Origin: Calothrix sp. MO_192.B10
GTDB lineage: Bacteria; Cyanobacteriota; Cyanobacteriia; Cyanobacteriales; Nostocaceae
Reading direction: 5' to 3'
Length of the DNA: 48,000 nt
Assembly (NCBI GenBank): GCA_030065055.1
Contig: JASJDS010000083.1
Span: forward strand, 1 to 48,000
In this document: in pieces, positions 37,696-45,799 of the stretch
Layout of the letters: each line of letters begins with the position of its first letter
Position numbering within the stretch: the first letter of the stretch is position 1
Notes under the pieces: generated by a model
Database searches by the model: none
What the model saw: the letters and a program-made list of their open reading frames with translations, nothing else
What the model was told of the DNA's origin: nothing
Position numbers and translations under genes: made by a program

Positions 37696-38183
37696 CAATT
37701 TCTTCGGGTTAAAAAACCGCAGAGGCGCAGAGAACACAGAGGATAGAGAGGTTTAGGAGATAGGTAATCTTAAACCGAGAAGAGAGTAGCATAACGCACG
37801 CCCGCCATATTACCGGATGGTGCGTTACGCTACGCGGCAGGACACCCTACGTGTTTTTCAAAAATTTTGATTCTCCCCATTCGTAAAGCCCTTCCGGGCA
37901 TCAAAGAAACGCGGAGCGTCTCCGGAGGAGAAACGATACCGGCACTACAATAATTTAATATTTTTCAGGATGTCATCTGACAAAAAGGAGCTTATTTTTC
38001 CCTAACCTCTAGCTCAACCTAACCCCAATCTTGTTGTTATCCTTGTTGTCACCCCTTGAGCAAAAAGACTCTTAAATGAATGGCACTAAGTTAAACTGAA
38101 AGTCTTTAGCTGCAAGGGTTATTCTTTCAGCAGTTTCTTGTACCCAACTTGTAACAATTTCCATATCGGTATAAGTCTATTTT

Positions 38184-38489
38184 TCAGTTTGGCGGTGTAT
38201 CACCACGGTTGGGGTTTTCTAAATACTCCAAAATCCGATTGATATTTTCTTGCTGTTGATTGATGGTTAGCTGCTGCTGTTGCATGATTAACTGATGTCG
38301 GGTAGATATTTCTGCTAAACGGTTAACAGTTCGCTCTAATCTAGTTGTAGATTGAGAAGTAGCCCGTACCTCTCGCCTAACACCATTTTGAACTGTGCGA
38401 AGTAAATCTAGTTCATCAAGTATTTGCTCTAACTGTTCATCGATATTATCCAACCGTGTTGAAATGTCCTCTGGTTGTGAGTTAGTCAT
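38184..38489 (-). CDS. Small coiled-coil hypothetical protein (101 aa)
   Basis: The ORF shows a heptad-like pattern and a Q-rich stretch. No family recognised. Confidence 0.5.
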   Translation of the reverse strand: MTNSQPEDISTRLDNIDEQLEQILDELDLLRTVQNGVRREVRATSQSTTRLERTVNRLAEISTRHQLIMQQQQLTINQQQENINRILEYLENPNRGDTPPN

Positions 38490-38608
38490 TGGTAAAATAT
38501 CCTTAACAAGTTTTTTTGTTTTAGCTATCCCTATTAAAAGATAGTGTTTTTGTTTCTTATCCCTCTCCTAAGAAACCGTATTTGCTTCGGGCTTTTATGA
38601 ATTTAGGC

Positions 38609-38794
38609 GTAGGTTGGGGAGCCACTCTTGTGCGCGGGTGAATCCTGCGGATACGCTACGCGAGCCCCGCGTTGAGAGAAGTGGCGTTTGAGGGACGAAA
38701 CCCAACAACCAAAAACTTCGGCATTGTTGGGTTTCACTTCGTTCTACCCAACCTACATTTCTTTTTCTCTTCCTAGAGTGACAGAAGAGGGTTA
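38609..38794. repeat. Composite repeat: GTAGGTTGGGG...AAACCCAAC hairpin family plus an inverted copy of the 37622-37695 element
   Basis: The sequence is shared with 37622-37695 in reverse complement. It explains the spurious ORF 38595-38888. Confidence 0.75.
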
Positions 38795-38953
38795 TTTTAA
38801 AAACAGCTTGGTAATGAGGGGAAAGGAGGCTCCGTCTCCTGTTATCAGAGCTGGTGCAAGTTGTTAGGGTAGAATCGTTCTTCAACAATATCTAAAAATG
38901 TAAATTCATACTTCCATTCAGCAACGCCGGTTTTAGAGTTTTATAGCCGTTAA

Positions 38954-41362
38954 TTAACCCTCCTCGTTTAACCTATCCCGCGCCGCCCAAATCGCCTCGC
39001 GTACCTCACCTGCACAATCGCTACCCTTCACCTCGTGCCAAATGGTATCAAATTGATTTTCCCCTAAAACCCCCAGCATCCGTGCTAAAGCATTTCTATA
39101 AAAGTCAATAGAATCTTGAAAATGCTCAATAGCAATAGCTAAAGCACGAATATAAATTCGTAAAGCCTGAGAATAATTTGATTGCGCTTCTAACGCCCTT
39201 CCCCATTTAGCTAACGTTAATGAAGTCAGATACCAATCTTGGAATTGTTCATAAATACTAAAGGCTTGTTGATAATAGCTAATTGCTACCTCAAATTGCC
39301 GTTGTTCTTCGGCTACCATACCCAGTTGGTGATAGTCATTTGCAGCGTTGTACAAATCTCCTGCATCTTCAAATATTTTTAAAGCCTTAAGGTAATACTG
39401 CTGCGCTTGCTCAAATTTCCGTTCTAGATAAGCTACATTACCCAATTGATGATAATCACTTGCAGCCTTGTACAAATCCTCTGCATCTTCTAATATTTTC
39501 AAACTTTTGAGGTAATATTGCTGTGCTTGCTCAAATTGCTGTTTTTCTTCTGCTACCATACCCAGGTGGTGATATTCACCTGCAGCTTTATATAAATCCC
39601 CTGCATCTTCATATATTTTCAAAGCCTTGAGGTAATACTGCTGGGCTTGCTCAAATTCCCGTTGTACATAAGCTACATTACCCAATTGATGATAGTCACT
39701 TGCAGCCTTGTACAAATCCCCTGCATCTTCAAATATTTGCAAAGATTTAAGGTAATACTGCCGCGCTTTCTCATACTTCCCTTGTGCTTCAGCTATCCTA
39801 CCCAAATGGTGATATTCACCTGCAGCCTTGTACAAATCCCCTGCATCTTCAAATATTTGCAAAGATTTAAGGTAATACTGCCGCGCTTGCTCAAACTCCC
39901 CTTGTGCTTCGGCTACCCTACCCAAGTGGTGATAGTCACTTGCAGCTTTGTACAAATCTCTTCTATCTTCTTTGATTTTCAAAGCCTTGAAGTAATATTG
40001 ACGTGCTTGCTCAAACTCCCGTTGTTCCTCGGCTACCATACCCAGTTGGTGATAATTACTTGCAGCGTTGTACAAATCCCCTGCATCTTCAAATATTTTT
40101 AAAGCCTTGAGGTAATATTGCTGGGCTTGCTCAAATTTCCGTTCTAGATAAGCTATATTACCTAGTTGGTGATAGTTACTTGCAGCCTTGTACAAATCCC
40201 CTGCATCTTCAAATATTTTCAAAGCTTTGAGGTAATATTGCTGGGCTTGCTCAAATTGCCGTTGTTCTTCGGCTACCCTACCCAGTTGGTGATAGATGCT
40301 AGCACAACTGTAGGTATCCTCTAACTCTGATTCTATTTCTAAACATTGTTGATACAATTCTTTAGCCTGTGCAAATTGTCTCAATTTTAAGTAAGCATTG
40401 CCCAAGTAAAACAAAGCCGTAGCTTCATCATCCCTATTTTCTATATTTTGGGCAATATTTAACGACTGTTGATAATAAGTAATTGCTGTTTCAAATTGCC
40501 TTTGCTGAAAATATGTTTCTCCTAAATAATTGAAAATTTCACCTTGATACTTCCTATCTTTAAGACTCTCAGCGGCTTTTGTTGCTTCTTCTAAGTATAG
40601 CCTAGCTTTATCAGGCATCCTTTGATTAAGATAAGCAACCCCTAACTGCTGCAAAACATTACTATATCTACGAATATCTCCCTCTGGTACTTGATACCCA
40701 GTGGGTTTATATTCCATCAATAAACGCTCTAATAAATCAATGCGTTCTTGCTTTTCTTGTGGTTCTAATCTGTTGATAATATTTTCAGTATTGCGAGTCT
40801 GATTGAGAGCATTTTCTCTAGTTATCTCTGGTGTTTTAAACCGAAATACTCCCGAACGCCAAGCCCAAAAATCAGGAGCAAATTTAGCTAGGCGAGTAAT
40901 GGCATAGTCTGGTAAAATAAATAAAATAGGATGGGTAACTCTTGTTTTATAAGCATCGCGGACAAAATTCAAGTCTTGTAAAACTGGGGGATAGCTATCA
41001 AAAACCCCAATAGACTTTGCTAATCCCCGCACAATCAAAACTAATTTTTTATTTGCCTCTAACTGAATATTCGGTAATTCCTGAACAATCTCATCCCGCA
41101 GAAACCGTAAATTTTCATCAGGGAAATTGAGAATAGCAAACTGAATATTTTTACATTCCGGGTGATTTTGTAAACCCTCAATTAATAGGTCTACATCTGG
41201 GGGAAAATTAACCTCTACAAAACCAAGGGTGAACTTTTCAGCAAAATCTATAAAAGTCAGTAATTCAGCAAAAACTTCTTGATTGAGGGCGATAAACTGC
41301 CCAATTTCTGCACTACGCTCTCCCTGCAAGTGCGGATTGAAGTGCTTTTTGGAAGAACTCAT
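38954..41362 (-). CDS. TPR-array protein (802 aa) with an unassigned ~230-aa N-terminal domain
   Basis: From about aa 232 to 720 there are 12 or more TPR-like repeats, the central ones with an exact 40-aa period (FEQAQQYYLKALKIFEDAGDLYKAASNYHQLG...). The N-terminal domain has no motif I recognise. The ATG overlaps the upstream gene by 50 nt. Confidence 0.85.
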   Translation of the reverse strand: MSSSKKHFNPHLQGERSAEIGQFIALNQEVFAELLTFIDFAEKFTLGFVEVNFPPDVDLLIEGLQNHPECKNIQFAILNFPDENLRFLRDEIVQELPNIQLEANKKLVLIVRGLAKSIGVFDSYPPVLQDLNFVRDAYKTRVTHPILFILPDYAITRLAKFAPDFWAWRSGVFRFKTPEITRENALNQTRNTENIINRLEPQEKQERIDLLERLLMEYKPTGYQVPEGDIRRYSNVLQQLGVAYLNQRMPDKARLYLEEATKAAESLKDRKYQGEIFNYLGETYFQQRQFETAITYYQQSLNIAQNIENRDDEATALFYLGNAYLKLRQFAQAKELYQQCLEIESELEDTYSCASIYHQLGRVAEEQRQFEQAQQYYLKALKIFEDAGDLYKAASNYHQLGNIAYLERKFEQAQQYYLKALKIFEDAGDLYNAASNYHQLGMVAEEQREFEQARQYYFKALKIKEDRRDLYKAASDYHHLGRVAEAQGEFEQARQYYLKSLQIFEDAGDLYKAAGEYHHLGRIAEAQGKYEKARQYYLKSLQIFEDAGDLYKAASDYHQLGNVAYVQREFEQAQQYYLKALKIYEDAGDLYKAAGEYHHLGMVAEEKQQFEQAQQYYLKSLKILEDAEDLYKAASDYHQLGNVAYLERKFEQAQQYYLKALKIFEDAGDLYNAANDYHQLGMVAEEQRQFEVAISYYQQAFSIYEQFQDWYLTSLTLAKWGRALEAQSNYSQALRIYIRALAIAIEHFQDSIDFYRNALARMLGVLGENQFDTIWHEVKGSDCAGEVREAIWAARDRLNEEG

Positions 41363-42677
41363 TTTTTTTCACCACTGGATTGGGGTAATTCCATCGTTTA
41401 TTGCCGTTATATTCTAAAACTGAAGTATTAAACAGCATCAACTGACCAATATCATCTTTACTTATATCCTTACTAATACACACCTGGGCTAAATATTGAT
41501 AATCTTCTTCAGAAATAAACCTTTCAAAACTAAATTGCTGTTGTTTGACAGCATATGTAACATCTTCATCTGTAATTTGAGGATGCTTGCGAGTACTAGC
41601 AGTTTGACAAGCAGTTCGCATCATTTGCATTAACTGACGCACATGACCCCCACTGGCTTTTGCTAACTCTAATAATTCTTGCCGAGATGCAAACACAGCA
41701 TCAATATCTACACGCTTTTCTATTAAACTCGCTACAGCATCTAGTCCCGTTTGATTATATTTTAAATCACAACTATCCCGTTCAAATTCATAAATATCTA
41801 CCATTGGTACAATATGGGGATTACCATCAAACAAAGTGAGAGGATTTCTGGGGGAACACAGAATAGAAATTGGCACCGTATAAATAATAGTACAGTGCAA
41901 TTCTTGCAACTGAGCCGCGTAATCAAAAAACAAATGATTAGCAACTGCGGGTGAAACCCGATCCAGATTATCAAATATAATCAGTAAACCTTTATATTCC
42001 GGAGATTTATTTTTATATTTTTCTCTCAATTTAATGTAGGCATTATCCAGCAATAAATTAATATCTGCTTTTAAACGGGAGAGGTCTTTTTCTAAAGTTT
42101 GACGAATAGTATTTTTTTGCTTGTGAGAACCTTTAATTTGTGCCAACAACTTGACCATTAATTTAGCAATAAATGGTGCTTCTTGCTTTAGGGTTGCTTC
42201 CCCTTCAATGCTCACAGACTTCTCTACACTTTCTTCAGTCTCTTGAGTAACATCTTTAAACCAGTCTTCAAAATTACGTAAAAGCTGCTGATCAAACTTT
42301 AAACCTAATTTTCTCAGTTCAAATTCTACTTGTTTAATCACAATTAAATATAAATCTGTATAGCTGGCATCATTAATATCAGTTTCCTCATTAACTTCTA
42401 AATAAATTACATGATAATTTTCTTGCCATCGCTTTTGAATCTTTTTTAATTCCGTGCTTTTGCCACAACCACGATGACCAGTAAATAAAATAGTACTAAA
42501 ATCCGCAGGTTCTTGAAAATCTAAAATCGTACTCACATTATCAACCGCTGAAGTTTTCCGTACTGCTGATAAATCAACATAATATTTTTCAATTTCTATC
42601 CCTTCTAACGGTCCCAGGGTACATACTTGAAAAGCAGACTTGAGAGTATTAGCATGTTGATAATTAGATATACTCAT
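41313..42677 (-). CDS. P-loop NTPase (AAA+/ORC-Cdc6/STAND-like), 454 aa
   Basis: Walker A GHRGCGKST (aa 67-75), a Walker-B-like LLIIFDNLDR (aa 231-240), and a C-terminal helical region containing GGHVRQLMQMMR. Confidence 0.8.
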   Translation of the reverse strand: MSISNYQHANTLKSAFQVCTLGPLEGIEIEKYYVDLSAVRKTSAVDNVSTILDFQEPADFSTILFTGHRGCGKSTELKKIQKRWQENYHVIYLEVNEETDINDASYTDLYLIVIKQVEFELRKLGLKFDQQLLRNFEDWFKDVTQETEESVEKSVSIEGEATLKQEAPFIAKLMVKLLAQIKGSHKQKNTIRQTLEKDLSRLKADINLLLDNAYIKLREKYKNKSPEYKGLLIIFDNLDRVSPAVANHLFFDYAAQLQELHCTIIYTVPISILCSPRNPLTLFDGNPHIVPMVDIYEFERDSCDLKYNQTGLDAVASLIEKRVDIDAVFASRQELLELAKASGGHVRQLMQMMRTACQTASTRKHPQITDEDVTYAVKQQQFSFERFISEEDYQYLAQVCISKDISKDDIGQLMLFNTSVLEYNGNKRWNYPNPVVKKNEFFQKALQSALAGRA

Positions 42678-42937
42678 TGCAATTTATACTAACTATATAA
42701 GTAGCAGTTTCTCTAAATAAAATTTTAGGCGACTCTGCCTGTATTCTCTCAAGAAATACAGTACCTTGCAAGTGAGTGAAATATAGGAGTGGGGGAGTGT
42801 GGGGAGTGAAGGAGTGAAGGAGTGAATATGAGCCAAAACACATCACCTCATCATCCCATCATCCCAAGTGTGGGGAGTTATTTTTTGGATACTTAGCTAG
42901 AAATTCCACGCAAAATTTCGTTCACCTGTCCAAATTA

Positions 42938-43399
42938 ATACCAATTCAAATAATGTTTGCGACACATACATTCTTCGGGAGGGCACGGCATCCACCAAAT
43001 TTTAGTGTATGAAGTTATATTGCTGATGCCGTAAATCTTCGGGAGGGCACGGCATCCACCAAATTTTGGTGTATAAAGTTATATTGCTGATGCCGTAAAT
43101 CTTCGGGAGGGCACGGCATCCACCAAATTTTGGTGTATAAAGTTATATTGCTGATGCCGTAAATCTTCGGGAGGGCACGGCATCCACCAGATTTTGGTGT
43201 ATAAAGTTATATTGCTGATGCCGCAAATCTTCGGGAGGGCACGGCATCCACCAAATTTTGGTGTATAAAGTTATATTGCTGATGCCGCAAATCTTCGGGA
43301 GGGCACGGCATCCACCAGATTTTGGTGTATAAAGTTATATTGCTGATGCCGTGCCCCTACGAATCAATCATGTGTCGCATTGTTTTTGCAAATTGGTAT
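42938..43399. mobile_element. TIR-bounded MITE-like element containing six tandem 64-bp hairpin units (42973-43356)
   Basis: The outer ends are ATACCAATT...AATTGGTAT, with about 55 bp of imperfect inverted flanks. Unit starts (CTTCGGGAGGGCACGGCATC) fall at 42973, 43037, 43101, 43165, 43229 and 43293. Confidence 0.85.
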
Positions 43400-43461
43400 C
43401 ACTCAGATGAAAAGGGCTGTATAATTCACTATCCTACCCAATTGAGTTGGGGCGTAGGGAA

Positions 43462-45051
43462 CTAGGAAGATTGTTCCTTGTCAGAGGGAAAATTTGGCAG
43501 TTCAACAGATGCTAAGGATTTCCTTCCTTTAGGTGGACGTTGGGGATATATCACCGGTGAAGGAGAAGCCTGTTCTTCAGTATATTCATCCCAGGAATTA
43601 TGGGATTTAGCACTTTCTAGCGCCTCCAAAGGTGACACTTGGGGTACATCTGACCAATAGTCTTCTGCTGGTGTTTCTGCTATAGTTTCAACAATGGGCG
43701 CGATCGCACCATTATCTACGGTTTCCACAATGGGTACAATGGGTTTGTCCCCTGACTGACTATCTACCGCTGGTTCCACAACATCAGTTTCCTCCTCAGT
43801 TGCGGTTGGGAAAGGTGAATTATGATCCCCGTTGTAATTTGGCAGATTACTTGACTCAGGTTGAGCGATCGCTTCTAATAAAATAGATTGGTCTTGGTTT
43901 GCCAATAATGCTTGGATGGCACGATCTAATTTTTCATCCCATGGATGAGCTACAACTTCATCATCCTTTGTGGCAGGAGAATCAAAAGCTTCTGTAGATG
44001 ATTCCTCTGCTGATGGGGTAGTGCTGCTTGCAGGTGATGCAGGTTCAAATTCCCAATTGAGTGGTTGTGTAGCCTCAGCCTCTGCTTCTAACTCGGTTTC
44101 TATATCACTAGGTGATGACAAACATAATTCTTCCCAGGTATGATTCAAATCATCCGTACTAGATTCTGAATCTGCAGACCAAGGTTGAATGGGGTTGGTA
44201 TGGGAAAATAGTGAACTAACAGCTGGAGAACATCTGGGATTGCTATCAATGTTATGGTAATTGTTACCAGTGTCATCGAGGAAATCCCCCGTTGGCACGG
44301 GCGCATCCAAACATTTTTCCAAAGCGGCTTTAAATTGTAGTGTTTGTCGCTGCTGCCGCATTAATCTAGTACGTAATTCCCGGCAAGCATTTTCCGATTG
44401 CAATAAGCGATGGGATTGCTCGTCATAGTTGGTTTGAATTTCCGCACACTCCCTTTCCAATTGGGCAAGGCGTTGTTGACTTAGTTCTAAGTGTGCCTTG
44501 TAGCTTTCTACTAAACTTTCTTGGCGTTGATTGCCTTGTACCGCAGTGTCTAACTCCGCAAACAGAGTTTTAATCTGCTCTTGCGCTGCACTCAGTTCTT
44601 GGGTTTGTTGGTTGAGCATTGAGTCTTTGACACTGGAGCGTTTCTTCTGTAATTGCAAAGCCTCTTCTGTATCAGCCAAAACCCGCTTTAGTTCCTCCAC
44701 CTGATTATATAAATCATCATTATCAGCACGTAATTCTTGATTCAATGTCAGGAGTTTTTCAAACTCAGCATTAATTAGTGCTTGTTGTTCGCTATCGGGT
44801 TCAGCAACCCAGTCTGATTCAGATGTAGTTGTAGTTGTAGTTTTACTTATATTTTTATCTGTATCTATATCTATAATTAATGGTTCATCTTCCATTGCTT
44901 GGGCTGCTGGTGGCAATTGAGGAATTGCCCTATCTTGATGAGGTACAACAGAATAGAAAGGACACATCGCCTGTTCTGACTGTGGCGAATTATGATTATT
45001 CAAGGACTCCTTCGCAGTCTTGTTATTTGGGTTTTCAGCTTCATTCATCAC
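43462..45051 (-). CDS. Acidic coiled-coil hypothetical protein (529 aa)
   Basis: The ORF has a central coiled-coil of about 170 aa (LINAEFEKLL...LQFKAALEKCL), flanked by low-complexity D/E/S/T/P-rich regions. No enzymatic motif. Confidence 0.6.
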   Translation of the reverse strand: MMNEAENPNNKTAKESLNNHNSPQSEQAMCPFYSVVPHQDRAIPQLPPAAQAMEDEPLIIDIDTDKNISKTTTTTTSESDWVAEPDSEQQALINAEFEKLLTLNQELRADNDDLYNQVEELKRVLADTEEALQLQKKRSSVKDSMLNQQTQELSAAQEQIKTLFAELDTAVQGNQRQESLVESYKAHLELSQQRLAQLERECAEIQTNYDEQSHRLLQSENACRELRTRLMRQQRQTLQFKAALEKCLDAPVPTGDFLDDTGNNYHNIDSNPRCSPAVSSLFSHTNPIQPWSADSESSTDDLNHTWEELCLSSPSDIETELEAEAEATQPLNWEFEPASPASSTTPSAEESSTEAFDSPATKDDEVVAHPWDEKLDRAIQALLANQDQSILLEAIAQPESSNLPNYNGDHNSPFPTATEEETDVVEPAVDSQSGDKPIVPIVETVDNGAIAPIVETIAETPAEDYWSDVPQVSPLEALESAKSHNSWDEYTEEQASPSPVIYPQRPPKGRKSLASVELPNFPSDKEQSS

Positions 45052-45357
45052 TCGTCACCCACCAGCTTACAATTGAACAACAGCAACTACAGTGAAATTA
45101 CTCACATATGTTGTCTTATTAAATTCTACTTTACAAGACAATATTTGCTTTCCTCAACAAAAATCATTAATCATTAATGAGTTTTACTTATCTGGCTCGT
45201 TTTCAAACCGATGACGTTCAGTTTAAGGGATATTTGTGGTTGGTTTCAACATGGTAGTTATTGTATTGCAGCTAGCTTGAAAATAGTTCATCAGCGCGGA
45301 GTAGGGGCGCATTGCGTGCGCCCTTGAGTTACTCCCTTCCCGGCAGAAGATTACCTA

Positions 45358-45464
45358 TATAGCACTACGCCTGACGGGGCGCGGACATTTCTAAATCCTG
45401 AAACCTTTTGACAGCCAGCTGTTCCCTGTTAAGAGTTAAGAGTTCCCTAGCACGTAGTGCTATA
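45358..45464. mobile_element. TATAGCACTACG-TIR MITE, copy 2 (inverted relative to copy 1)
   Basis: Same termini and shared core (CTGTCAAAAGGTTTCAGGATTTAGAAATGTCC) as 1558-1670. The heptamer tract is replaced by GGGAACTCTTAACTCTTAACAGGGAACA. Confidence 0.8.
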
Positions 45465-45466
45465 AC

Positions 45467-45531
45467 GTAGGTTGGGTTGAACGAAGTGAAACCCAACGAT
45501 ATGCTGGGTTTCGTTCTTCAACCCAGCCTAC
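45467..45531. repeat. Long hairpin repeat GTAGGTTGGGTTGAACGAAGTGAAACCCAAC...TGGGTTTCGTTCTTCAACCCAGCCTAC
   Basis: The inverted arms were read directly. Same family as 37658-37691 and 38609-38760. Confidence 0.75.
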
Positions 45532-45665
45532 AATTTTTCGGTAATTTTATAGCACCGAAGGGAGTAACGCTGCGCTACGCGAACAGCAAGCCCTATTTAG
45601 ACAAAAAAGGGGAAGCCACAACGAACCTGAAGGGGTAAAAGTTAAGCTAAGCAAATTTGTGGAAG

Positions 45666-45765
45666 TATAGCACTACGCAATTAGGGCGCGGACATTGTTG
45701 AATGCAGCAAACCTATGAACAGTAAACTTATTACTTATTACTTATTACTTGCGCGTAGTGCTATA
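45666..45765. mobile_element. TATAGCACTACG-TIR MITE, copy 3, with a different internal heptamer tract (TTACTTA x3)
   Basis: Same 12-bp termini. The internal tract is CTTATTACTTATTACTTATTACTT. Confidence 0.75.
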
Positions 45766-45799
45766 CCTGAGCCATAGGCTAAGGTTGCTTCCTGTTCTC

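Noticed and set aside
38595-38888. 97-aa ORF (minus strand)
   Set aside because: It is composed almost entirely of dispersed repeat sequence. The VGWVERSETQQ peptide is the translation of the GTAGGTTGGG...AAACCCAAC hairpin family, and the same peptide appears in ORF 37555-37746.
39647-40102. 151-aa plus-strand ORF
   Set aside because: It is antisense to the 120-bp repeats of the TPR gene. Its own periodic, low-complexity sequence is a mirror of those repeats.
42973-43356. Possible CRISPR array (regularly spaced 64-bp periodicity)
   Set aside because: Whole 64-bp units are near-identical and there are no unique spacers between repeats. No cas genes are nearby. The array sits inside terminal inverted repeats, so it is a tandemly amplified MITE core.
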